Of a stretch of DNA of 64,000 nucleotides, positions 23,690-36,881 are shown piece by piece (position 1 is the stretch's first letter; each line of letters begins with the position of its first letter). Under the pieces are notes generated by a model. The model had not been told where the DNA came from and ran no database searches. It saw nothing but the letters and a program-made list of their open reading frames with translations. The stretch is taken from assembly GCA_002269645.1 (NCBI GenBank), contig NIVC01000042.1, positions 310,001 through 374,000 of the forward strand, read 5' to 3'. This DNA is from Macrostomum lignano. Its lineage: Eukaryota. Both the position numbers and the translations under genes were made by a program.

Positions 23690-24378
23690 TCGGTGCTTAT
23701 CAATAATCAATCGGTGCTTATCAATATCCAATCGATGCTTATCAATAATCAATCGGTGCTAATCAATATCCAATCGGTGCTTATCAATAATCAATCGGTG
23801 CTTATCAATATCCAATCGATGCTTATCAATAATCAATCGGTGCTTATCAATATCCAATCGGTGCTTATCAATAATCAATCGGTGCTTATCAATATCCAAT
23901 CGGTGCTTATCAATAATCAATCGGGCTTATCAATATCTAATCGATGCTTATCAATAATCAATCGAGGCTTATCAATAGTCAATCGATGCTTATCAATAGC
24001 CAATCGATGCTTATCAATAGTCAATCAAGGCTTATCAATAGTCAATCGATGCTTATCAATAATCAATCGAAACTTATTAATAATCAATCGAGACTTATTA
24101 ATAATCAATCGATGCTTATCAATAGTCAATCGAAACTTATTAATAATCAATCGAGACTTATTAATAATCAATCGAGACTTATTAATAATCAATCGATGCT
24201 TATCAATAGTCAATCGAAACTTATCAATAGTCAATCGAAACTTATCAATAGTCAATCGATGCTTATCAATAATCAATCGATGCTTATCAATTGCCAATCG
24301 ATGCTTATCAATAATCAATCAATTCTCATCAATAATCAATCGATGCTTATCAATAATCAATCAATGCAAATAAATAAA
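23690..24378. repeat. 21-bp minisatellite, ~33 copies
   Basis: Unit ATCAATAATCAATCGATGCTT with variants; directly 3' of unc-45. Confidence 0.95.
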
Positions 24379-24418
24379 TAGTCAATCAACTTCCGACAAA
24401 GCGCAGCGGCACGCTCAA

Positions 24419-27400
24419 TCAGGGAGCCACTGAGCGAATGAACCCCGCCTTGGCCAGGCAGTCCAGAGTCTCCTTGGCCAGGTCGCGGGCCGCCTTAAAC
24501 GCCGGCTCATTGTCCAGCCTGCTGACGGCCATCAGCACTTCAAGCAGCGGGGAGGCGGCCACCCGGGCGGCCAGCTCCGAGTCGGTGCAGGCGCACGCAT
24601 TCCGCAGGATGTACAGGCCGCGATGAGCAATTAGGGGATTAGGATGCGAGGCCAGGTAAGACATCGAGTCTGGCCAGACAGGATACGAGAGCATCCGGCC
24701 GACCACTTCCACTCTGGTGGTCAGGTGGGCCAAGGCGCCTGAGGCGGCCAGGACGAGGCGCTCGCGATCGGCCGGCGTCTCCGGCGGCTCCTCTGGCGCG
24801 GCAGGGGCAGCTGGGGCAGCTGTAGTAGCCTCGTTATCTTCTGGCTTAACCAAGGGTTCGAGTTTGTCCTCGCCGTCGCCTCCCTCGTTAATTGGGGCCA
24901 GCTTCTCTTTTTTGTCGTCGGCGGCTTCGGCCGTTGATTCGTCCGCGTCGCGCGGCGGAGCGCAGAACAGCAGCAACAGTTTGACGTCCTCGGAGGTGCC
25001 GGCAGCGGCGGCGGCAGCTATGGAATCGCCGACCTTGTCCAGCAGGCAGAGGTTGCACAGGCACTCGGTGGCGGCTATACGGAGCTGCCTATGATCGTCG
25101 TACATGTAGTGACGGATGCGGCCGAGACCGATCTCGGACAGCAGGCGGGAGCGGAGGCTGTCGCCGGCGCTGGCCAGGTTGGTCAGGGCTAGCAGGGCCT
25201 CGTACACCTGGGGTGTGTTCAGGAGTGATTCTTAATGGAGTGAGGGTGATTCTCAGTGGGGTGAAAGTAATTCTCGATGGGGTGAGAGTGATTTTCAATG
25301 GGGTGAGAGTGATTCTCAGTGGAGTGAGAGTGATTCTCAGTGGAGTGAGAGTAATTCTCAATGGAGTGAGTGATTCTCAATGGAGTGAGAGTGATTCTCA
25401 ATGGAGTGAGAGTGATTGTCAGTGGAGTGAGAGTGATTCTCAATGGGGTGAGAGTGATTCTCAATGGGGTGAGAGTGACTCTCAGGGGCTGGAGAATGAC
25501 TCTTAGTAAGACAGAGTGATTGTCATCAGCTAGGCCAGAAAGCAGAACTAAAAGTAGCCCCAAGGTGCTCAATAATCACCTGCAGCGAGTTGGCCTCCGC
25601 GTGCAGCAGCTGATTGAGCGGCCGGACCAGCTCGGCTGCCCGCTGTCCGGGGAAGGCGGTCTCCGGGTTGAGGCTGACGGCCAGCCTGGCCAGAGCTTGG
25701 GCAGCCAGCACCTGGCCACCGTCCGTGTTTCGACTGTTGGCCAGGGACAGCAGCGCCTTGGCCGCGCCGGCTGCCACGGCCGGGCCGCGGTGCTCCGGCA
25801 TGGTGAGGGTGGCCAGAAAGACTCGGCTGAGCAGTTCGCGACAGGTGTTGGTGACCTGCAGATTGATTGCAAAATAGGGATTGGAGGGATTGGACAACCG
25901 ATGTGTCACATATTTAGAAAATTATTATTTTTAGTAGAAGTAAATTATAAAGATTTACTTTTTATCATTTGACGTATTTTCCTATATTTCTACTGTACTT
26001 AAGTAGAGTACTTAAAACTCGATTCTTTTGCTCGGGCAAAAAATCGATTCTTTTTTTGCTCGGCCAAAAACTGGCGGGATTCTTTTGGTCGGACAAAAAC
26101 TGGATTCTTTTGCTCGGACAAAAACCGGATTCTTTTGGTCGGACAAAAATTCGATTCTTTTGCTCGGACAAAAACTGGATTATTTTGCTCGGCCAAAAAC
26201 TGGATTATTTTGCTCGGCCAAAAACTGGATTCCTTTGCTCGGACAAAAACTCGATTCTTTTGCTCGGACAAAAACTCGATTCTTTTGCTCGGACAAAAAT
26301 TCGATTATTTTGCTCGGACAAAAATTCGATTCTTTGGCTCGGACAAAAATTCGATTCTTTTGCTCGGACAAAAATTCGATTATTTTGCTCGGACAATAAC
26401 TGGATTCTTTTGCTCGGCCAAAAACTGGATTCTTTTGCTCGGCCAAAAACTGGATTCTTTTGCTCGGACAAAAATTCGATCCTTTTGCTTGGACAAAAAT
26501 TCGATTATTTTGCTCGGACAATAACTGGATTCTTTTGCTCGGCCAAAAACTGGATTCTTTTGCTCGGACAAAAATTCGATCCTTTTGCTTGGAAAAAAAC
26601 AGGATTTTTTCGGCCAAAAGTGGAATTTTTGCTCGGCCAAAATACTAGTACTACTGCACCGTAAAAAAACTGATGGGGCTTGTCTTAGATATCCTATATT
26701 TGGCAACTCACCTGCATTGCCTTATCCGACACGGAGGCGAGCTGCACCAGAGCTGGCAGCATACCAGCCTTCACTAGCCGATTAATCCGACCTTCAACCC
26801 AGGCGTGCCCGTCCTTCTCGTGCTCCTCGGGCACGTGGTGCTTAGCGAATTTGGCTAGTTCAACCATCTCTGGCATGATGTCCTGCTTATCGTAGCTGTT
26901 AGTGAGGTTCACTAGCACAGCGGCGCACGGATAAACAATGGCGGGATCGCGCGAGCGCAGAGCCAGATCCGATAGGGCCTGCAGAGCTTCAGTGTGCTCG
27001 CATAGGTCCTCTTTCACCTGTTTTCAATTTTAATTTAATTAATAGAGAAACGCATTTGAAAGTGATCGATACTATATAACACATTAGCGAAATCATTAGT
27101 GACACATTAGAGACATTCTTAGTGACACATTAGCGACACCCTTAATGACACATTAGCGACATCCTTAGTGACACATTAGCGACACCCTTAATGACACATT
27201 AGCGACACCCTTAGTGACACATTAGAGACATCATTAGTGACATTATTAGTAACACATTAGCGACATCATTGGTGACACATTAGCGACACCCTTAGTGACA
27301 CATTAGCGACACCCTTAGTGACACATTAGCGACACCCTTAGTGACACATTAGCGACACCCTTAGTGACACATTAGCGACACCCTTAGTGACACATTAGCG

Positions 27401-30400
27401 ACATCCTTAGCGACACATTAGCGACACCCTTAGTGACACATTAGCGACATTCTTAGTGACACATTAGCGACATTCTTAGTGACACATTAGCGACATCCTT
27501 AGTGACACATTAGCGACATTCTTAGTGACACATTAGCGATATTCTTAGTGACACATTAGCGACATCCTTAGTGACACATTAGCGACATTCTTAGTGACAC
27601 ATTAGCGATATTCTTAGTGACACATTAGCGACATCCTTAGTGACACATTAGCGACACCCTTAGTGACACAGTAGCGACATCCTTAGTGACACATTAGCGA
27701 CATCCTTAGTGACACATTAGCGACATTCTTAGTGACACATTAGCGACATTCTTAGTGACACATTAGCGACACTCTTAGTGACACATTAGCGATATTCTTA
27801 GTTCCCAGGGACTAAGAAACCAGTGGGAAAAGCTAATCTCACCTCAGCGTCCAAGCACAGAAAGGCAAGCCCCTCAACAGCCCACCGACGCAGGTCCAAG
27901 TCTTTGTCCGGATTAGCCAGGAATCGTCGACAAGACTTGGCCAGCACTACATTGGATCCGTCGGCCAGGCCGCGACAGGAGCTGTCCGAGCCGCTAGCGG
28001 TGCCCAGTTTGCACAGGCCGACTAGAGCCCGGACTTTAATAGAATCTTTGCCGCTAGTGTACAGCTGCTGGAGTACAGGCATAGCTGAGCGCAGCACCGA
28101 GTCGGCTTTGGCTTTCTTGCTGATTGCCAGCACTAAAGTCTCCAGGGCGAGGCGCTGGTGCAGTTCTATGCCGCTCTGAGCTAGAAGTAGGACGCCTGCG
28201 AACGATGAAGAGGTTGAGTAACCGTTTTATCAATAGAGACAGACACAAAGTCCGATGAATGCACCAATGCATTTTAAAGCCTGTAATCGCTTTAAAACGT
28301 GGTAGATCGAAATAATTCAATCCAGTTGAATGAGGCGATTCTCAATGGGAGTCAGAGCTGTTAAGGGATAAGAGCTAGACAGAATTAGCATCTAGCCCAG
28401 AAGTCGGTAACTTAACTTATGGACCAGACAGAATTTAGCGTTCGAATGCGGTTTAGAGAGAAGAGAAAATAAAGAGAAAAGAGGAGAGATAAGAGACGAG
28501 AGCTGAAAAGAGAGGAGTGAGGAGAGCCCAGAGGGAGAGGAGAGGGGAGAGGAGGGGGAGGGGAGGAGAGGGGAGAGAGGAGAACGGAGAGGAGAGAGGG
28601 AGACAAGAGACGAGAGCTGAAAAGAGAGGAGTGAGGAGAGCCCAGAGGGAGAGGAGAGGGGAGGAGGGGGAGGGGAGGAGAGGGGAGAGAGGAGAGGGGA
28701 GAGAGGAGAACGGAGAGGAGAGAGGGAGATAAGAGACGGTAGAGGAAGCGGAGACGGGGAGAGAGGAGGGAGAGGAGGGGAGGAGAGAGAGAGCCGAGAA
28801 GAGACACAAACCTTGAGCAGGCCAGATAGTGACACATTAGCGTTTCAAAGGACCCGAGGAACGGATAGAGGCTTCGCGGGTTCGGATTATCCGACCCCTG
28901 ATCTAGCTAATACAAGCACTCACCCTCCAGAATGCCCTCGCTGCCAATAATAGACTGCGCAATCTCGTGCGGCCCCTCCAGCAGGGCGCCAAGCGCATTC
29001 AAGGCTTCAATTTTAGAATCGAAGAATTTATCGGTGAGCAGGTCCATTACAAAAGTACAGGCGGCCTCTCGGAAAGTCTGACGCATCTGATCCGAAGTCA
29101 AATCATCGTAGACCCTGGCCAATAGTAGAGAAGCGTGACGCCTAGTGTCCTCAGTCACTCGCAGATGCTCGTGCGAGCCTTTGTGAAAAGCGCAAGTAAC
29201 GTTGAGTATAGTCTCAATTCCGCCGCAGTCTAGGAACTGTTTGTACCAGGCTAGGGATTCCTTCTTATTGATTAGCATCACCTGTAGAAGGGATAGATTA
29301 ATTAGTATTGATTATTAAGACTTAAAATCAGCATAAAAGTACGATGGTCACATTTTTTGTGACCGTCAAGAATGTGACACTGTCTGTCACACTTGTGACC
29401 GTCAAATGTGACCGTAATGGAACGGTCACTAGGTTTATGTGAGGGTGACATCAGAAGGTCAGTATGGAGTGTTACATGCGATACCGGTGTTTGAGGGTCA
29501 CAGAACGGTCACATAGGCAACATGTGACCGTTCCACTCTTATAGGGGTTACATATATATTTAGCCTACATCAACACAACTATTAATAAAATTACCAGCAG
29601 CTCCAGCACGGAATCTCTAGTAAAAGCCTGCAGCCGGTTGCTATGCGAAGCCTGCAGCAATTCTCGCAGTAGGGCGTCAATACGCTGAGCAATTTCGTCG
29701 CTAAGCAACAGCTGAGGCAGCGGCTTAGCAACCATGCCCATGGCTAGGGATTTGCGCCGATCTTCTTCCGCTTTGCTGCGTCGCTTCCTGTTTAAAAATA
29801 AAAGAATGCATTTAAACTCATTACATTATATTAGTATAGATTGAACTAATAGACTGTTTGATACAGGGCTTGCGCGATCAGATCCGAATCTCGTCAGTTT
29901 GTTTTACTGTCAGTAGTATCTATTGTTTATCAATAAGCATCATTTGTGTGCACAGCTGCATTTGTTAATGATACGAATGTAAATTGGACATGTCCAATGG
30001 CGCCACACACAGACACACTATTCAATGTCACAATGCCACACCACACACAGACACACTATTCAATGTCACAATGCCACACCACACACAGACACACTATTCA
30101 ATGTCACACGGCGCCACACCACACACAGACACACTATTCAATGTCACAATGCCACACCACACACAGACACACTATTCAATGTCACAATGCCACACCACAC
30201 ACAGACACACTATTCAATGTCACAATGCCACACCACACACAGACACACTATTCAATGTCACAATGCCACACCACACACAAACACACTATTCAATGTCACA
30301 ATGCCACACCACACACAGACACACTATTCAATGTCACAATGCCACACCACACACAGACACTATTCAATGTCACAATGCCACACCACACACAGACACACTA

Positions 30401-33400
30401 TTCAATGTCACAATGCCACACCACACACAGACACACTATTCAATGTCACAATGCCACACCACACACAGACACACTATTCAATGTCACACGGCGCCACACC
30501 ACACACAGACACACTATTCAATGTCACACGGCGCCACACCACACACAGACACACTATTCAATGTCACACGGCGCCACACCACACAGACACACTATTCAAT
30601 GTCACACGGCGCCACACCACACACAGACACACTATTCAATGTCACGATGCCACACCACACACAGACACACTATTCAATGTGACATGGCGCCACACACAGA
30701 CACACTATTCAATGTCACACGGCGCCACACCACACACAGACACACTATTCAATGTCACACGGCACCACACCACACACAGACACACTATTCAATGTCACAC
30801 GGCGCCACACCACACACAGACACACTATTCAATGTCACGATGCCACACCACACACAGACACACTATTCAATGTCACAATGCCACACCACACACAGACACA
30901 CTATTCAATGTCACACGGCGCCACCCCACACACACACACTATTCAATGTCACACGGCGCCACCCCACACAGACACACTATTCAATGTCACACGGCGCCAC
31001 ACCACACACAGACACACTATTCAATGTCACACGGCGCCACCCCACACAGACACACTATTCAATGTCACGATGCCACACCACACACAGACACACTATTCAA
31101 TGTGACATGGCGCCACACACAGACACACTATTAAATTTCACACGGCGCCACCCCACACACATACACACTATTCAATGTCACACGGCGCCACCCCACACAG
31201 ACACACTATTCAATGTCACAATGCCACACCACACATACACACTATTCAATGTCACACGGCGCCACACCACACACAGACACACTATTCAATGTCACACGGC
31301 GCCACACCACACACAGACACACTATTCAATGTCACGATGCCACACCACACACAGACACACTATTCAATGTGACATGGCGCCACACACAGACACACTATTC
31401 AATGTCACACGGCGCCACCCCACACACATACACACTATTCAATGTCACGATGCCACACCACACACAGACACACTATTCAATGTCACAATGCCACACCACA
31501 CACAGACACACTATTCAATGTCACACGGCGCCACACCACACACAGACACACTATTCAATGTCACACGGCGCCACACCACACACAGACACACTATTCAATG
31601 TCACACGGCGCCACACCACACACAGACACACTATTCAATGTCACGATGCCACACCACACACAGACACACTATTCAATGTGACATGGCGCCACACACAGAC
31701 ACACTATTCAATGTCACACGGCGCCACCCCACACACATACACACTATTCAATGTCACACGGCGCCACCCCACACAGACACACTATTCAATGTCACATGGC
31801 GCCACACCACACATAGACACACTATTCAATGTCACAATGCCACACCACACATACACACTATTCAATGTCACATGGCGGCACACCACACACAGACACACTA
31901 TTCAATGTCACATGGCGGCACACACACAGACACACTATTCAATGTCACGATGCCACACCACACACAGACACACTATTCAATGTGACATGGCGCCACACAC
32001 AGACACACTATTCAATGTCACACGGCGCCACCCCACACACATACACACTATTCAATGTCACACGGCGCCACCCCACACAGACACACTATTCAATGTCACA
32101 CGGCGCCACACCACACACAGACACACTATTAAATTTCACATGGCGCCATACCCAGACACCAATAATCAGATTTCTCACCTATACTCTTCAATACCAGCCA
32201 TCTCCCACACCAGAGATTTGAGCAGCATCAGCAGGGAACGGGAAATAGTGTCAGACTCGGACAGCACCAGCAGCCGGTGCACGCCCTGCACAGAGATGGT
32301 GTCCAACAGTAGGCGACTCCGCTCAGCCGAGTCCTTAGTGAGATTAGACAGCAGACGGGCGGCGGCTTCAAAGGTATTAGGCGACGAGTTGACAGATTTA
32401 GTAGCCAGTTGCAGCACTCTGGGCACCAGACCGGGCGAATCCCACAGAGCTAGCCGGCAGGCAGGCTGGCGGCACAGGGCGGTCATATTATTGAGGCACT
32501 GGACTCGTTTCTCTTCGTCAGTTTCAATTTCGTCGCTGCAAATTAGCGATAGCATTGATCGAGTCTTGGCCTCGGTGGTGCCGACTTCTTCGCGGCGTTT
32601 CTCCAAGGCGACCTGACGTTCCAGTTGGGAATTTATAGTTGAAACTGTGAGAAATCGGGAACTATCCAGGCTAGTTTATTATTATAAGTAGTTCAATATA
32701 CCATCCGCGCAGCTCAGCGTTGGTGGAGTATGCATATCAATTATGCTAATGAATACATTTCAAATAGCCTGTTAATTAGGATATCATCATTATATTTTGC
32801 GGATTCGAGAGTAAAGGAAAACGTGTTAGAACAGGACTGGCTTGAATTGCAGATAGAATGGGAGGGCGGCGGCTGGTGGCCCAGCAACTGAGGATCTGGG
32901 AGGCTGGCCCAGCAACTGAGGATCTGGGAGGCTGGCCCAGCAACTGAGGATCTGGGAGGCTGTGGCCCAGCAACTGAGGATCTGGGAGGCTGTGGCCCAG
33001 CAACTGAGGATCTGGGAGGCTGTGGCCTAGCAACTGAGGATCTGGGAGGCTAGCCCAACATCTGAGGATCTGGGAGGCTGGCCCAACATCTGAGGATCTG
33101 GAAGGCTGGTCCAACATCTGAGGATCTGAAAGGCTGGCCCAACATTTGAGGATCTGGAAGGCTGGCCCAACATCTGGGGATCTGGAAGGCTGGCCCAGCA
33201 ACTGGGGATCAGAAACTGGATAGTTGTACAACAAATGAAAGAAGTTATTAATAAGGAGCACTGAAGCAGTCACAGGAAGAAGATAGCCGAGATCAAAGCA
33301 CTCACCTGCAGCCTAGCCAGCAGGGGTTGCACAGCCTTGTTGCCGGGGTCCTGCTTAAACAGCTGACTGGCATCCTTATAAGCGTCGGCCAATTTGTCTG

Positions 33401-33698
33401 TAGCTTCATAAGCCAACGCCCGTCTAAACAACGCTTTGGGGTCGTTCGGCCGGCGCTCCAGCACAGCGGAACAGTCGGTCAGGGCCGATTCGGGCTGGCC
33501 AAGCTTCAACGCGCACTGAGCCCGGTTGCTAAGCAGCGCAATTGACAGGTCGGCTGGCAAATCGCTGCCCGATTCCAATGCCCGACTATAGATATCCAGA
33601 GCCGATTGAAAATTGCCCCGCTGGAATTCCTCATTACCGGCGGCTTTTAGGCCGGCTGGCGATTCGTCTCGGAGATCGGCGTCGCTAGGGCTGACCAT
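24419..33698 (-). CDS. unc-45: UNC-45 myosin chaperone (TPR + central ARM + UCS domain), 8 coding exons
   Basis: Exons 33698-33306, 32612-32179, 29787-29595, 29281-28924, 28195-27843, 27017-26712, 25855-25580, 25207-24419; all GT-AG with consistent phases. [12 protein letters not shown]...SNRAQC...KALFRRA; [12 protein letters not shown]; [16 protein letters not shown]; [16 protein letters not shown]; [10 protein letters not shown]; [12 protein letters not shown]. Confidence 0.95.
25225..25500. repeat. 21-bp intronic minisatellite, ~13 copies
   Basis: Unit TCTCAATGGAGTGAGAGTGAT. Confidence 0.9.
26010..26640. repeat. 25-bp intronic minisatellite, ~25 copies
   Basis: Unit TTTTGCTCGGACAAAAACTGGATTC. 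Confidence 0.92.
27090..27800. repeat. 23-bp intronic minisatellite, ~31 copies
   Basis: Unit CCTTAGTGACACATTAGCGACAC; a stray partial unit at ~28828. Confidence 0.92.
28445..28810. repeat. GA-rich low-complexity tract with an internal direct duplication
   Basis: AAGAGACGAGAGCTGAAAAGAGAGGAGTGAGGAGAGCCCAGAGGGAGAGG occurs at ~28490 and ~28605. Confidence 0.8.
29878..29943 (-). ncRNA. Candidate C/D-box sno/scaRNA, family 1 (U2-antisense), copy A, unc-45 intron
   Basis: ATGATGC(C)...AACAATAGATACTA-CTGA(D')...TGACGA(C')-GATTCGGAT-CTGA(D); sense to the host gene. Confidence 0.6.
30001..32150. repeat. 38-39-bp intronic minisatellite, ~56 copies
   Basis: Unit CACACAGACACACTATTCAATGTCAC(AATGC/ACGGCGC)CACAC. 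Confidence 0.95.
32714..32790 (-). ncRNA. Candidate C/D-box snoRNA, family 2 (18S G1328/yeast G1271 guide; SNORD32/snR40-like), unc-45 intron
   Basis: ATGATGA...AACAGGCTAT-TTGA...TGATAT...CTCCACCAACG-CTGA. The guide is complementary to 18S AGUUGGUGGAG. Confidence 0.7.
32875..33210. repeat. 28-30-bp intronic minisatellite, ~12 copies
   Basis: Unit GGCCCAGCAACTGAGGATCTGGGAGGCT. Confidence 0.92.
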
Positions 33699-33816
33699 GG
33701 CTCGGCTGGCTGCCAAATGAGATGCCCGCTTTGGAACCTGAGATAATTAGAAAAATTGATTTAGTACACTATGACATTATTTGTGCATTTTTTAGAATAG
33801 ATTTTAAACAGATTTT

Positions 33817-34070
33817 GCTACCCTCTCCCTGATCCTTTGGGGTGGGGGGGCGCGACCCTCTCCCTGATCCTTTGGAGGGGGGGGAGGCGCTACCCTCTCC
33901 CTGATCCTTTGGGGGGGGGCGCGACCCTCTCCCTGATCCTTTGGGGGGGGGGAGGCGCTACCCTCTCCCTGATCCTTTGGGGGGGGGGGGAAAGGCGCTA
34001 CCCTCTCCCTGATCCTTGGGGGGGGGGGAAGGCGCTACCCTCTCCTGATCCTTAAAGGGGGGGGGGCTAG
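33817..34070. repeat. ~33-39-bp repeat with variable poly-G, ~7 copies
   Basis: Unit (T/G)ACCCTCTCCCTGATCCTTT(G)n-GCGC. Confidence 0.85.
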
Positions 34071-34118
34071 ACCCAGTCAAAGCGACACAGTTCGTATATA
34101 ATCAGCTAAAAAGCTTAC

Positions 34119-34163
34119 CTGAAAGTTAAAAATAGCCTGCCGCCTAACAGCTGTTGTTGACTA
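34119..34163 (-). other. Probable 5' UTR exon of unc-45
   Basis: Acceptor TTTTTTTCAG at 34164 and donor GTAAGC at 34118; a further donor GTAAGC at 34637. Confidence 0.5.
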
Positions 34164-34259
34164 CTGAAAAAAAAACAAAATTTAAAGACTATATTAGTGC
34201 ATGATTATTTCAATTGACAAGTAATAAAAACAATACTCTAATTGTTATAAACAAAAAAA

Positions 34260-34334
34260 TCAGAATCCGAATCGCATCAGACTACTTTTATGGAAATCAG
34301 CAGTATCTATTGTTTTTTTTATAAAAAGCATCAT
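34260..34334 (-). ncRNA. Candidate C/D-box sno/scaRNA, family 1, copy B
   Basis: ATGATGC...AACAATAGATACTG-CTGA...TGATGC-GATTCGGATT-CTGA; inside a GT-AG intron at 34637-34164. Confidence 0.6.
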
Positions 34335-34516
34335 TTTAGTTATTCTTTCAATATTTAATACATTTTGATTGCTTATATGTTTACCTCTTAATAACGAGAG
34401 CGGACAAGGCCTGGTGTCTGAAAAGAAAAATAAGTTTGAAACCAGCTTTAGCAAATTTGCCACAACGATGCAGAAACGAATTTCAGTAGTATAAAAATAT
34501 ATTAAAAGTCGTTACA

Positions 34517-34576
34517 TCAGAATCCGAGTTACATCAACTAATATCAGTAGTATCTACTGTATTCAATAAGCATCAC
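34517..34576 (-). ncRNA. Candidate C/D-box sno/scaRNA, family 1, copy C
   Basis: GTGATGC...TACAGTAGATACTA-CTGA...TGATGT-AACTCGGATT-CTGA; same intron as copy B. Confidence 0.6.
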
Positions 34577-34860
34577 GATCACGGAGAAGCTTCAACAATC
34601 TAGCAAAAAAAACGAAACAAAAAGCAATTTAGCTTACCTAGAATTTATTTGTTTAATGGCGTTTTTTTATATTTTATTCAAAATTTTTTTCACAACACTA
34701 GAACGGTGCGTGTTTTATTTTTTAATTAGCTGAAAAGTGAGTAGAAAATGTGGACAATTAATTCATCAATGTTTATGGTACAGTTAATGCGATGAAATAT
34801 ACCTTTAAAACCTATATATACGAGTACTAACACGAAAAATAAGTAACGCGATCTTTTATG

Positions 34861-35050
34861 ATTTACTACTACCTAGTAGTATCTTAACTACTAAGATATA
34901 CTAAGATACTACCACGACTACAATTACTACTACTACTGCTACTACTACTACTAGTACTACTACTACTGATACTACTACTACTGCTACTACTACTACTGAT
35001 ACTGATACTACTGATACTGATACTACTACTATTACTACTACTACTACTCG
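34861..35050. repeat. (CTA/ACT)n microsatellite
   Basis: Direct reading. Confidence 0.9.
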
Positions 35051-35854
35051 TAAAGCCGATAGTAATGTTTATAATTAGAAAATCAACAGTATGATACAAA
35101 TTATCAAGGCTAATTAATATTAAAGCTAAAATTATTTTATAATATTGATTATCAACAAATGTCTAATACAAAAACTGAAATAAATCAGACCGGTCACAGG
35201 AGAATTAACTGACAAATGCGGTTTATCAGCGCCAATTAACTAGAATTATTAATGATATATTGTCTTTAATATTTTATAACTGCCAGATATTTACAAAATT
35301 ATACATGAAGTAATCGTAACATAATAGACAGTAAAGTACAAAGAATTTATATGTACCCATCTATTACAAATAAATTAATTACAACTTTAATTGATAATAT
35401 TAAAGTGGCAAAACAGATCAAGTTCACTGTTACCAAGCGGAATTGAAATTGTTAACAAACTTTACACAAGGATTGATATCCAGATAGTAATGTTTCAATA
35501 CATACATTATTCAATGCACCTTGCCTAAATTACCCAAGAGTACACCCCTAAAATTTTATATATAATAACTCTTCCCCCTATTAAAATAGTGTATTGTATA
35601 CTCATATGCGACTAATCGTATAAATTAATGTATAATCATTATTAAATACATCAAATGCATTGTAGCATAGTAGGAAAAACTATTTGAAAATTAAAAAATA
35701 TAAGCAGGACAAGTTCTTACCAATTTTAACTAGGTATCAACCAAATTAATCAGCGATCATCTAGCATCATAAATAGCATTTTTCAATTAAGTTGCATCGT
35801 ATGAGCGCGTTATAGCTGAAAAAGTCACGCTTGAGGACTATGCTAGTCGATGGT

Positions 35855-36500
35855 AGATGATGGTCTATGGTTAGTCTATGGTCGATATCCTATAGTAGAT
35901 TGTTTAGTCTATGGTCTATGTTTAGTCTACGGTAGATATCCTATAGGAGATTGTTTAGTCTATGGTCTATGTTAAGTCTATGGTCGATATTCTATGTTTA
36001 GTCGATGGTCGATATTCTATGTTTAGTCGATGGTCGATAGTATAAGTTTAGTCCATGGTCGATAGTCTATGGTTAGTCTATGGTCGATAGTCTATGGTTA
36101 GTCTATGGTCGATAGTCTATGGTTAGTCTATGGTCGATATCATATAGTAGTTTATGGTTTATTTTTAGTCTATGGTCGATGGTCTAAGTTTAGTCTATGG
36201 TCGATGGTTTAAGTTTAGTCTATGGTCGATGGTCTAAGTTTAGTCTATGATCGATGGTCTAAGTTTAGTCTATGGTCGATGGTCTAAGTTTAGTCTATGG
36301 TCGATAGTCTATGGTTAGTCTATGGTCGATATCCTATAGTAGATAGTTTAGTCTATGGTCTATGTTTAGTGTATGGTCGCTATTCTATGTTTAGTCTATG
36401 GTCGCTATTCTATGGTTAGTCTATGGTCTATGTTTAGTCTATGGTAGCTATTCTATGTTTAGTTCTATGGTAAGTCTATGGTTGATACTCAATGTTTAAC
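35855..36500. repeat. ~25-bp AT-rich minisatellite (11+14-bp subunits)
   Basis: Unit GTCTATGGTCGATAGTCTATGGTTA. Confidence 0.9.
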
Positions 36501-36881
36501 CTATGGTCAAATGAGCAGGAATTTGAATATAGAGAAACCATATACTAAATTTAGTACTAGCCAATAAATTAAAATAGTAACCTAGGATAAACCAAGGAGT
36601 TAATAGATCTAGAACCAAGGAGTCTTATATAAAGGTTAAAGAGGTCATTGAGTATTGCTAGAATAAATTTTTAGTATATAGGATGATGATTTTTATAGGT
36701 AGAGATGAACTTAAGCGGAAAATGCTATATATTATACCATTTTTGCATTCCATTTGTATAGGCAGTATATTCGGCCAGACACAAGTGAACACAATTCAGA
36801 CGGCCTAACTTGATAGAATGCAAAAAAAGGTATTACAAAACAAATAGATAAATAATATAGAAAACAAACACAATCAATATT

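Noticed and set aside
29946-32616. Long ORFs in tandem arrays (also 5230-5854, 10059-10564, 23669-24381, 25969-26664, 37812-38778, 39777-40268, 43817-44662)
   Set aside because: They arise from stop-free repeat units in several frames and strands, lie in introns or gaps, and have no domain content.
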